Positions 16,024-23,152 of a stretch of DNA of 27,699 nt are shown piece by piece (positions within the stretch are counted from its first letter, which is position 1; each line of letters begins with the position of its first letter). The notes under the pieces were generated by a model. That model saw nothing but the letters and a program-made list of their open reading frames with translations, had not been told where the DNA came from and did no database searches. Source of the stretch: a virus (Duplodnaviria; Caudoviricetes); IMG/VR virus record IMGVR_UViG_3300043442_001092, positions 1 through 27,699 of that record, one strand, 5' to 3'. Position numbers and translations under genes: made by a program.

Positions 16024-16343
16024 CTCCTTCTTATCCCGAGAGCAGGCTGCTTGAGATCTACCGCGAGCAGATGAGCCCAGTTCACCCACCGGATGTGGTG
16101 ACACTGATCCGCTGGGCTGACCGGATCGAGACCGCAGCGCAGTTCAACGTGGCACGGCGCGGCTGGAGCTACGAGCGGGCCGGCACGTTGGTGGATGAAG
16201 TGAACGAGCTGATGCGGCTGTGGCGCTCAGAGCTGCCCATCTGGGTGGTCGAGATGCCCTGCGACGATGGCATGATCCACAGCCGCCACATCGAGGCGCC
16301 GACCTACGAGCAGGCGATTCAGCTCTGGGATCGACGGGGGTAG
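16020..16343 (+). CDS. Hypothetical protein (107 aa)
   Basis: ATGA-coupled start; typical codon usage. Confidence 0.7.
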   Translation: MTPSYPESRLLEIYREQMSPVHPPDVVTLIRWADRIETAAQFNVARRGWSYERAGTLVDEVNELMRLWRSELPIWVVEMPCDDGMIHSRHIEAPTYEQAIQLWDRRG

Positions 16344-16522
16344 TCCATCAGCAGGAGCTCTAGCCGGGCGATCTCGTTGACCGCCTGCTGGAGCTGAAAC
16401 TGCTGCTGGCAGCACAGCCGGTAGAGCATCGCTGTGCGTGGATCCTCTTTGCGGGCAGTGATTTCCACTTGCCACTTGTCTTCAGCCGTCATTTCAGCCT
16501 GCAACCATCGACCGAATTCCAT
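16319..16522 (-). CDS. Small coiled-coil protein on the opposite strand
   Basis: MEFGRW...QQQFQLQQAVNEIARLE; fills the gap between plus-strand genes. Confidence 0.65.
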   Translation of the reverse strand: MEFGRWLQAEMTAEDKWQVEITARKEDPRTAMLYRLCCQQQFQLQQAVNEIARLELLLMDYPRRSQS

Positions 16523-17018
16523 GGATCAACGGGAAGAGGACTTGTCCACCGTAGGCAGCGGTGTCTGTGGCCATCAAAACAACAGGATTGTTTCCACTGG
16601 TCTGAATTATGACGGCACCAGGTACAAGGTTCGCTTGTGCAAGGACTGCGGCCACCGCTGGATGGAGGGCCGCGTCTATGCGCAGCGCCGCAAGCTGTCG
16701 GACGAGGACGTGCTGGAGATTCTCGCGACGCCACGCACGGTATCGGACAGGATCATGGCCGAGCGCTTTGGTGTGAGCCGGGAGGCGGTGCGCCAGGTGC
16801 GGGCAGGGTTGATCCACGCGACGGTGGCCGCTGAAATCGATCGATCGCAGGCTGGGCGGCTGTGCAGCAGCTGCTCGTTTTTCGACCTCGAGGATGGCTG
16901 CCTGATGCAGTTTCCAGATTTTGAGGAGCTCGGGCCGGCGTTCGCCAGGGAATGCAACGCCTATGTAACGAGTTGCGACAAGCCGGCTGCGTCACCCAGC
17001 GCCGGCAGCCAAGATTGA
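16521..17018 (+). CDS. Zinc-ribbon + HTH + Cys4 putative regulator
   Basis: CGH...RLCKDCGHRW (NrdR-like ribbon), KLSDEDV...MAERFGVSREAVRQVR (HTH), CSSC...C...C at the C-terminus. Start uncertain. Confidence 0.75.
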   Translation: MDQREEDLSTVGSGVCGHQNNRIVSTGLNYDGTRYKVRLCKDCGHRWMEGRVYAQRRKLSDEDVLEILATPRTVSDRIMAERFGVSREAVRQVRAGLIHATVAAEIDRSQAGRLCSSCSFFDLEDGCLMQFPDFEELGPAFARECNAYVTSCDKPAASPSAGSQD

Positions 17019-17036
17019 CCCGTCACCCAGACACCC

Positions 17037-17156
17037 ATGAAGCGCATTCTCATCTTCATCATCCCTGTCCTGACCATCGCCGCGATCGTGCATGAGCACG
17101 CCGTGCGCTGCCAGACCGCTGCTACTCCGGCAGGTCAGCTGCCGATCTGCGAATGA
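17037..17156 (+). CDS. Small membrane peptide (39 aa; not in ORF track)
   Basis: MKRILIFIIPVLTIAAIV...; follows a promoter-like element at 16951-17015; ATGA-coupled to the next gene. Confidence 0.6.
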   Translation: MKRILIFIIPVLTIAAIVHEHAVRCQTAATPAGQLPICE

Positions 17157-17344
17157 CCTTGCGCAACTACCACTTCACCATTCCACAGTCGAACATCTTC
17201 GACTTTGTTACCGCTGAGAGCTTTACTGATGCCAAAGCAAAAGCTTTTGACGAATACGGCCCCTGGTGGAGCCTCATCGAATGGCTCGACCCGGGCGATG
17301 ACGTTGAACGACGCGCTGGCCCCCTGGATGGTGGTGCGCGATGA
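17153..17344 (+). CDS. Hypothetical protein (63 aa)
   Basis: ATGA-coupled; YHFTIP...VTAESFTDAKAKA. Confidence 0.65.
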   Translation: MTLRNYHFTIPQSNIFDFVTAESFTDAKAKAFDEYGPWWSLIEWLDPGDDVERRAGPLDGGAR

Positions 17345-17549
17345 CGTCGACTGGGACAGCTGCCCAGACAAGATCTGGGACCAGCTGCTGAGCCAGGCGC
17401 CAAAGGTCGCAGCCATCAGCCGGTTCTGGTTCCTGAAAGGGATCCACCGCGCCATCGCCGAGATGGAGCGCAAGATCGACGGCAAGCCGCTCTGGTCGAC
17501 CCGTCAAGAACTCATCGATCACCTCAACTCGATCAATGCACCCAACTGA
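17298..17549 (+). CDS. Hypothetical protein (83 aa)
   Basis: ATG at 17298; typical codon usage. Confidence 0.6.
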   Translation: MTLNDALAPWMVVRDDVDWDSCPDKIWDQLLSQAPKVAAISRFWFLKGIHRAIAEMERKIDGKPLWSTRQELIDHLNSINAPN

Positions 17550-17925
17550 AGACGACTTCCGGCTGATACCGGAGACCACGGTCTACATGAGCACCAGAAC
17601 CATTAACTCACTGTTGCGCGGTGGGTATCTGACGGCCGAGCAGATCATGTTGGCCAGCAGCGACGACCTGATGAAGCTGAAGAACTTCGGTCTGCAGGCG
17701 CTGGCTGAGGTGGCTGCCTGGCGCGATGCGCTGATGGAGCCTGATCCGCGGCTGTACAAGGAGACTTTTGATGTGGTCGCCGAGGCGCTGGATGGATGCG
17801 GCTCGATCATGGCCGACCACGAGGCGGTGGTGGCGATGAAGACGATCTGGGGGCTGATCGCCCGCGGGCCGTTCACCGCCAGCCGGATCCGTCAGATGCT
17901 GATGCCACCGGAGGTGCAGTCGTGA
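17536..17925 (+). CDS. Protein with an RNA polymerase alpha C-terminal-domain-like module
   Basis: MSTRTINSLLRGGYLTAEQIMLASSDDLMKLKNFGLQALAEV aligns with the alpha-CTD pattern LSVRSxNCLKRAGIxTxxEL...EDLMKxxNLGRKSLEEV. Confidence 0.8.
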   Translation: MHPTEDDFRLIPETTVYMSTRTINSLLRGGYLTAEQIMLASSDDLMKLKNFGLQALAEVAAWRDALMEPDPRLYKETFDVVAEALDGCGSIMADHEAVVAMKTIWGLIARGPFTASRIRQMLMPPEVQS

Positions 17926-18185
17926 AGCGCCTCATGAGCGACAAGGACTACTACCTGTCGATGGCCAACCGGCCGCTGCCGAAGGGGAAGTTCAGCAAGT
18001 ACCGCGGGGTGCAGAAGAATACAAATCCCAAGAAGCCGTATCGCGCTGCATTCCGGTACAAGGGCAAGCAGTACATGCTCGGAGCGTTTGAAACCGAGAT
18101 CAAGGCTGCGCTTGCGTACAACAAGGCAGCGCTGGCGGTGATCGGTGAGTACGCGCTGCTGAATGAGGTGCCGAGTGATGAGTGA
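17922..18185 (+). CDS. Stand-alone AP2-domain DNA-binding protein
   Basis: SKYRGV...YRAAFRYKGKQYMLGAFETEIKAALAYNKAA...GEYALLN; GTGA-coupled start; no HNH domain. Confidence 0.85.
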   Translation: MKRLMSDKDYYLSMANRPLPKGKFSKYRGVQKNTNPKKPYRAAFRYKGKQYMLGAFETEIKAALAYNKAALAVIGEYALLNEVPSDE

Positions 18186-18402
18186 CGTGATTGCGACGAT
18201 CATGGCCGTGGCTATTCACCGCGAAAACGACAACCCCTGCTATGCGGAGGGTGTGATCGAGCTCCGGATGGCCGACGAAACCGGCGGAGCGTTCTTTGAG
18301 CTGCGACAGGAGGATGTCGGACCGATCCGCGCTGACCTCGAGGATCTGGAGCTGCTGGCCAAGCAGGCACGGCGGCTGATGCGCCAGAAGGGGGTGTGGT
18401 GA
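18178..18402 (+). CDS. Hypothetical protein (74 aa)
   Basis: Overlapping start/stop chain. Confidence 0.7.
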   Translation: MSDVIATIMAVAIHRENDNPCYAEGVIELRMADETGGAFFELRQEDVGPIRADLEDLELLAKQARRLMRQKGVW

Positions 18403-18746
18403 TGACTGACCAACACCCGATCACCCCACCGCCGGAGCTGGTGCAGCAGTGGGAAGCAGACGCCACGATCAGCCGAGAAGCTGCGTCTTCGTGGACTGCG
18501 GCTTTTGCCACCCGTGCCGCCCAGTGGGGCGCAGACACTGAGCTGGAGGCGTGCTGTGAGTGGCTAAAGAAAAATACTAATTACCACATGACTATTGAAT
18601 ACCTCCGCGCTGCCCGCCGCCCCAAGCCGCCGAGCTTGAAGGAGCAGGCGCTGGCTGCACTGGGACGGTACATGACCGGGGAAACAATTCTCACCAAGGA
18701 CTCCCTTGACACCATCCGCCGCGCCCTAGAGGCGCTGCCCGAATGA
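18402..18746 (+). CDS. Cyanophage-type hypothetical protein (ADxELEACCEWL family)
   Basis: HPITPPPELVQQW...AAQWGADTELEACCEWL...RRPKPPSLKEQAL...TIRRALE. Confidence 0.8.
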   Translation: MTDQHPITPPPELVQQWEADATISREAASSWTAAFATRAAQWGADTELEACCEWLKKNTNYHMTIEYLRAARRPKPPSLKEQALAALGRYMTGETILTKDSLDTIRRALEALPE

Positions 18747-18955
18747 AGTATCTAACAGGCCACAGTCAAGAAATCCGAGGTCTACTTGTAGCTCTCGGCA
18801 TTGAGTGCAAGGGCGTCACTGGGCTTCGCTTAATTGTTGAACCCGATCGCATTGTTCGGCTTGAACTGGAGCGATTGGTTACTGACGATGAAGTAGCAGA
18901 GCTGACGACATGGATCTTGAAGCAAAACATTGAAGCCGAGCAACTCGATGGCTGA
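18743..18955 (+). CDS. Hypothetical protein (70 aa, lower GC)
   Basis: ATGA-coupled start. Confidence 0.6.
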   Translation: MKYLTGHSQEIRGLLVALGIECKGVTGLRLIVEPDRIVRLELERLVTDDEVAELTTWILKQNIEAEQLDG

Positions 18956-19379
18956 CTTCCGAACACTTTGCGCTGAGCTTGTTGACTGCTTGGAAAAAGC
19001 CAACTGGCCCTTGCGGTATAAGACTGTCTTTGGGATCTGCCTTGACAACGCCCGCGCCGCCTTGGCCCAGCCCGAGCCGCAGGGGCCGACGGATGAGGAG
19101 CTATGGGAGCTGTATGACGAAATGGGCGGAGTTCCAGAAGACTCTGCGTGGTGCCTTAACTACGCCCGCGCCGTCCTTGCCCGCTGGGGCCGCCCCGCCA
19201 TCGAGCCGGTGCCTGTCGCTGAGCGCCTGCCAGGGCCGGAGGACTGCGATGCGGAGGGCTGCTGCTGGGTTGCCAGCGAGGACTGTCCTGCCTGGCACCG
19301 TGTCAGCCGTCACTATGACGCCTGGCATTACTGGCTCCCCCACCACGCGTTGCCGGTGCCGCAGCAGGAGGCTGCGTGA
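18948..19379 (+). CDS. Cyanophage-type modular hypothetical protein
   Basis: DFRTLCAEL...ARAALAQPEP.GPTDEEL...ARAVLARWG...ERLPGPEDCDAEG.CW...WLPHHALPVP. Confidence 0.8.
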   Translation: MADFRTLCAELVDCLEKANWPLRYKTVFGICLDNARAALAQPEPQGPTDEELWELYDEMGGVPEDSAWCLNYARAVLARWGRPAIEPVPVAERLPGPEDCDAEGCCWVASEDCPAWHRVSRHYDAWHYWLPHHALPVPQQEAA

Positions 19380-19447
19380 TGATTTCCATGGTGATTGCTT
19401 TCATCGCTGTCTTCCTCATCGGCTTATTCGTAGGTAGCCTGCGATGA
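19379..19447 (+). CDS. Tiny membrane peptide (22 aa)
   Basis: MISMVIAFIAVFLIGLFVGSLR; start and stop overlap both neighbours. Confidence 0.45.
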   Translation: MISMVIAFIAVFLIGLFVGSLR

Positions 19448-19590
19448 CGCGATGGTTTTCTATCCGCAAAGCTGAGTTTGACAAAACATTCTTTGTTGGC
19501 ATTGGCTTTGGCGGGGACATTCTGAAGATTGAACTCGCTGTAATTGTCGTGATCGGACCTCGTGTAATCTGCCTCGGACCCCACAAATGA
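19444..19590 (+). CDS. Hypothetical protein (48 aa)
   Basis: MTRWFSIRK...; ATGA-coupled at both ends. Confidence 0.5.
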   Translation: MTRWFSIRKAEFDKTFFVGIGFGGDILKIELAVIVVIGPRVICLGPHK

Positions 19591-19841
19591 CTGACCTCTC
19601 ACCTGCCGCAATCGCAGTTGATGATGCCCTAGCTGCTTGTATCCAGCTTCAAGGCGAAATAATCCGTGCTCGCCCTCTCGCTGCCGCCGCCCTGCGTGCT
19701 GCTGCGGATCAGGTGGTGCCAGCTGTGGATGATCGAGAATGGTGGCCTGGTAACTGCCGCGAAAGGAACATCAAGGCCGAGCAGCAAGACATCCGCCGCG
19801 AACTCCTCGCCATTGCCGCCGAGCTGGAGGGTGCGCAGTGA
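19587..19841 (+). CDS. Cyanophage-type hypothetical protein (LSPAA...AAALRAAADQVVP family)
   Basis: MTDLSPAA...AAALRAAADQVVP...LLAIAAELE. Confidence 0.8.
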   Translation: MTDLSPAAIAVDDALAACIQLQGEIIRARPLAAAALRAAADQVVPAVDDREWWPGNCRERNIKAEQQDIRRELLAIAAELEGAQ

Positions 19842-20200
19842 CCACCGACTTTCGCGCACTGTGCGTTGAGCTGACCGACTGCCTTGAGAAGGCCGACTGG
19901 CCGCACCGCTACAAAGTCGTGTTCCAGCAGTGGACGGACATCGCTCGCGCCGCCCTTGCCGAATCAGATGGACCGGCTGTGTCCGATGACAGGGAGCCGG
20001 CCTCTGTCATGGATCAGCTTAAGTACCAGCTCTTCCTCAAAGTGAAAGCTGATCTGATCCGCGAGGTGATCAACCAAGCCTTGAAAGACACCGCTTCAGT
20101 CCACTGGCGTGTGACCGACACCGGCGAGCAGATCGTTCGGGTTGGCGATCTGCTGAGATGGGCTGAGCAGGCTGCAAGCAAAATCGAGCAACAAGCATGA
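19838..20200 (+). CDS. Modular hypothetical protein, N-terminus paralogous to 18948-19379
   Basis: DFRALCVELTDCLEKADWPHRYK versus DFRTLCAELVDCLEKANWPLRYK. Confidence 0.8.
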   Translation: MTTDFRALCVELTDCLEKADWPHRYKVVFQQWTDIARAALAESDGPAVSDDREPASVMDQLKYQLFLKVKADLIREVINQALKDTASVHWRVTDTGEQIVRVGDLLRWAEQAASKIEQQA

Positions 20201-20349
20201 CTATCGAAGAAGCCAAAGCCGCTAAGGCAGCACTGCGCGAGCGGATTCGTCTGGCGCTGCGCGAATTCACCAGGGACACGGGCCTCACGGTGGAACGCTT
20301 GGAGCTCAGTCCTCCTCATTACTGGGTAGACATAGAGGTGCAGTTGTGA
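20197..20349 (+). CDS. Hypothetical protein (50 aa)
   Basis: MTIEEAKAAKAALRERIRLALREF...; coupled at both ends. Confidence 0.6.
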   Translation: MTIEEAKAAKAALRERIRLALREFTRDTGLTVERLELSPPHYWVDIEVQL

Positions 20350-20603
20350 ACGATCTCTCCTCGGACCAAATCGCCGCCATCGAAGCCGCCGCCCAACAGC
20401 ACCTTCAGGACTGCCGCAACCGGCCAACGCTCCCAACCGACACCCAGCTCTTCGAGGAAGCCATCGCCTGCGGCCTCGTCACCCACATCCGGCTGGCCGC
20501 CGCCTGCCACCCGGACAAGATCAAGCTCGAGGAGGTGTGCTCACCTGCCAATGCGGCGCTGATTGTGTTTGCACGTAATGTCCTCGCCCGCTGGAGCCAA
20601 TGA
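20346..20603 (+). CDS. Hypothetical protein ending FARNVLARW
   Basis: GTGA-coupled; shares the ARxVLARW module with 18948-19379. Confidence 0.7.
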   Translation: MNDLSSDQIAAIEAAAQQHLQDCRNRPTLPTDTQLFEEAIACGLVTHIRLAAACHPDKIKLEEVCSPANAALIVFARNVLARWSQ

Positions 20604-20689
20604 CCCTCACCACCGCCCTCTGGCTTGCAGCCGGCTACTGGCTGGTCTGCATCCTTTTCCTGTGCCTCTGCAAGAAACTCCTGCCATGA
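20600..20689 (+). CDS. Tiny membrane peptide (29 aa)
   Basis: MTLTTALWLAAGYWLVCILFLCLCKKLLP; ATGA-coupled at both ends. Confidence 0.55.
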   Translation: MTLTTALWLAAGYWLVCILFLCLCKKLLP

Positions 20690-20844
20690 CCCCCGGCTTT
20701 TACCGCATCCGCCTGACCCGTCCCGACGGCACCAGCTGGATCTGGCTGGCCTGGGCTGTGACGGCCACCAACGCCCACTGGATGGCGACCGAACTGCATC
20801 CCGATTGCCAGATCGCAGTGCTTGGCCTAGAGGGCGAATGGTGA
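20686..20844 (+). CDS. Hypothetical protein (52 aa)
   Basis: MTPGFYRIRL...ATELHPDC...LEGEW. Confidence 0.65.
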   Translation: MTPGFYRIRLTRPDGTSWIWLAWAVTATNAHWMATELHPDCQIAVLGLEGEW

Positions 20845-21035
20845 TTCACTCGGAGCAGGGGATCTACAAGGGTCAAAACCACCCCTGCTACGGCGTGCAT
20901 CCCGTCGACCGCGGGCTGGGGCTAGCGTTCCAACCGTGGTGCTTTGACGGCGCCTACGTCACCTGGGGCCCCTCCTTTGAGACACACTCGGAGGCGCTCG
21001 CTCATGCTCGCATTCTCGCTGGACACGATGTTTGA
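20838..21035 (+). CDS. Hypothetical protein (65 aa)
   Basis: ATG at 20838 overlaps the end of the previous gene. Confidence 0.6.
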   Translation: MVIHSEQGIYKGQNHPCYGVHPVDRGLGLAFQPWCFDGAYVTWGPSFETHSEALAHARILAGHDV

Positions 21036-21240
21036 CTGCCACCCCGCCCAAGAGCAAAAGAAGGCTGACTTCCTCGACCATCTGTACGAGCAGTCTTGCC
21101 GTGATGACCTGCCCGTGGGCGATCCGCGCCGCAAGACCTACACCGGCCTGTGGCAGGAATTTGAGCGTCGCAGCGCTGAAGAAGCCCGCGATGCCTGGTG
21201 GGACACTCAACAGATTGATCCTGAAGCCTTTGACCGATGA
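21028..21240 (+). CDS. Cyanophage-type hypothetical protein (LY...YTGLW family)
   Basis: ADFLDHLYEQSCRDD...TYTGLWQ; ATG at 21028. Confidence 0.65.
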   Translation: MFDCHPAQEQKKADFLDHLYEQSCRDDLPVGDPRRKTYTGLWQEFERRSAEEARDAWWDTQQIDPEAFDR

Positions 21241-21803
21241 ACAACGACTACGACCGTGAGGACAACATCCAGCTGATCGGGCTCTACAGCCCAGCGCCGC
21301 AGTCAGGCAAGACCTTTGCGGCAACGGTGCTGGCTCATCAGGGCTATCACCCGGTGTCCTTTGCCGAGCCGCTCAAGCGGATGGCGATGGCATTCCTGCG
21401 GGACTTTGGTTACCGCGAAGACCAGGCCGCTCGGCTGGTGTGGGTCGACAAGCACAAGCTGGTGCCCGAGGTTGGCGTCACGGTCCGCGAGATCCTGCAG
21501 CGCCTTGGCACCGAGTGGGGGCGCCAGCAGATCGCCGACGATGTCTGGATCCGATGCTGGCAGGCGCGGGTCAAGGGGCACGATCAGGTGGTCACCGACG
21601 ACGTGCGCTTCCTGAACGAGGCCGAAGCGGTCAAGGCTGCCGGCGGTCAGGTGTGGATGATCCGCCGGCCAAGTGCTGCGCACAACGGTGAGCACGTTTC
21701 TGAAGGTGCTCTGGATAATTGGGACGGATTTGACGTTGTCCTCGATAATGACGGCAGCCTTGAAGAATTCCGTCGCAAGATCGACGTAGCGCTATGGGGA
21801 TGA
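21237..21803 (+). CDS. Deoxynucleoside monophosphate kinase
   Basis: LIGL..PQSGKT P-loop, SFAEPLK, REILQRLGTEWGR, DDVRFLNEA, HVSE. Confidence 0.9.
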   Translation: MNNDYDREDNIQLIGLYSPAPQSGKTFAATVLAHQGYHPVSFAEPLKRMAMAFLRDFGYREDQAARLVWVDKHKLVPEVGVTVREILQRLGTEWGRQQIADDVWIRCWQARVKGHDQVVTDDVRFLNEAEAVKAAGGQVWMIRRPSAAHNGEHVSEGALDNWDGFDVVLDNDGSLEEFRRKIDVALWG

Positions 21804-22132
21804 TGCGGTTTCATGCCGGGCGCATGATCCTGAACCAACAGGACAGCATCTGGCATCTCCGCATCAGGCTTGGGTCAACACCAGACAAGCAGCTCCGAAC
21901 CAGCCTTGAGACCGCCGATGTAGAGGAAGCGATCTTCAAGGCGGAGCGGGTCTATGCCGACATGAAACGGCAGCTCTGCAACAAGGCCGATCAGAAGCCG
22001 CTGTGCTGGCAGTGCATTCACTGGGAGGCGGTTCGCGCACAGTGTGGTTTCGGCTGGCCAGAGGCGAGCCAGACTGGTGGAAGGTTCGCCGCCCAGTGCT
22101 CGGTCTTCAAAGCATGCCCAACCCGACAGTGA
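21800..22132 (+). CDS. Integrase-arm-like N-domain + Cys4 module protein
   Basis: WHLRIRL...LRTSLETADVEEA resembles integrase N-terminal DNA-binding domains; CWQC...C...C at the C-terminus. Confidence 0.7.
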   Translation: MMRFHAGRMILNQQDSIWHLRIRLGSTPDKQLRTSLETADVEEAIFKAERVYADMKRQLCNKADQKPLCWQCIHWEAVRAQCGFGWPEASQTGGRFAAQCSVFKACPTRQ

Positions 22133-22287
22133 TCGGCCGCCTCGAGCGGGACGGCGGCTACATCGAGACGCTGGAGCCGGAAGGCGGCGGCGAGCTCTAT
22201 TACATGTCATGCGCTAACGGCTACTGCCGCTACTCAAGCGATCTGTGGCAGGCGGAGCTGTATCTTGATCATCTGCTGGCGCGATGA
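22114..22287 (+). CDS. Cyanophage-type hypothetical protein (57 aa)
   Basis: ERDGGYIETLE...YYMSCANGYCRYSSDLWQAELYLD. Confidence 0.7.
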   Translation: MPNPTVIGRLERDGGYIETLEPEGGGELYYMSCANGYCRYSSDLWQAELYLDHLLAR

Positions 22288-22364
22288 GCATTCCTCCGGT
22301 CGTTGTCTTCGGCCTGACCTGGCTGCTGGGAATGCTCGTGGTGACGATCTGTCTGACGCTGTAA
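22284..22364 (+). CDS. Tiny membrane peptide (26 aa)
   Basis: MSIPPVVVFGLTWLLGMLVVTICLTL; ATGA-coupled. Confidence 0.5.
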   Translation: MSIPPVVVFGLTWLLGMLVVTICLTL

Positions 22365-22454
22365 AGGGTTGGCCGGTGGCGCCGACTCACGCATCCGCAC
22401 GCCTCACCGCTGCCGGCCGCAACGGACATCCCTCCGCATGAAGCAAAGGAGTCA

Positions 22455-22772
22455 TCACTCTATGGACTGGTTGATCCATTCGTGGATGACCTGGGCCCTG
22501 ATCTCGGAATAGAACGGTTGAGACTCAAACCACGGCAGCCAGTCGTGGTGCTGCTTGTGGGCATTGCACGCCAGGCATGCCGGCACCAGATTGCGTCGGT
22601 CGGTGGTGCCGCCCTTCGCCTTGGGTACGACGTGATCAAGGGTCGCCGAACGGCCTAGGTACTCATTGCAGTACGCGCACTTGTAGTCCCACCTGAGCAG
22701 GATCTGGTCACGGAACCGGAGCTTCGCCTCCTTCCTCGGGATCAACTCCGTCTCCGAAATCTGGTGATCCAC
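22455..22772 (-). CDS. HNH endonuclease (zinc-finger McrA-like type)
   Basis: CAYC...TLDHVVPKAKGG...NLVPACLACNAHK; GTG at 22772 preferred. Confidence 0.9.
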   Translation of the reverse strand: MDHQISETELIPRKEAKLRFRDQILLRWDYKCAYCNEYLGRSATLDHVVPKAKGGTTDRRNLVPACLACNAHKQHHDWLPWFESQPFYSEIRAQVIHEWINQSIE

Positions 22773-22941
22773 CTGGCTCCTGGGGTAGGGGAAAGGCATC
22801 CAGCTCGATGTCGATGATGTGCTCGTCGTCGGGGACGAACTCAGCGATGCGCGAGTAGGTGTTGGCGAGGAAGGTTTCGATGTCCTCCTCGTCGGCGTGC
22901 ACCACCACCTTGGCCATCACTTCGAGGAGGTAGGTCGCCAT
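22708..22941 (-). CDS. Acidic hypothetical protein (77 aa)
   Basis: MATYLLEVMAKVVVH...; ATG at 22941; overlaps the HNH 5' end. Confidence 0.65.
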   Translation of the reverse strand: MATYLLEVMAKVVVHADEEDIETFLANTYSRIAEFVPDDEHIIDIELDAFPLPQEPGGSPDFGDGVDPEEGGEAPVP

Positions 22942-23002
22942 GGGCGCCCCGGACAAGGTCCTTGGAAACGGTAGCCAGCAGTACCGCTGCCCAAGGTTTT
23001 CT

Positions 23003-23044
23003 TTGGGATCACTGCGGGATTGGGGTGCGCGAATAGTGCGCGAA
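23003..23044. repeat. Arm-type direct repeats of an att-like region
   Basis: GTGCGCGAA at 23025-23033 and 23036-23044 (11-bp period); a second looser pair (T/C)GGGAT with an 11-bp period just upstream. Confidence 0.55.
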
Positions 23045-23067
23045 CGGCCGCTGGCACAGCACTGGCG

Positions 23068-23095
23068 GCTTAACATAATATTTTTTATGTTGCTG
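23068..23095 (-). other. dif-like XerC/XerD recombination site (11-6-11)
   Basis: Minus strand reads CAGCAACATAA-AAAATA-TTATGTTAAGC versus E. coli dif GGTGCGCATAA-TGTATA-TTATGTTAAAT. Confidence 0.78.
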
Positions 23096-23152
23096 AGCTT
23101 GCTGGAAGAATTGATAAACTTGTCTGGAATTAAGCTCCAAATTTTTGGTTAA

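Noticed and set aside
22940-23152. 70-aa plus-strand ORF as the integrase N-terminus
   Set aside because: It crosses the arm repeats and dif-like site, has no integrase motifs, and ends at a stop before the remnant.
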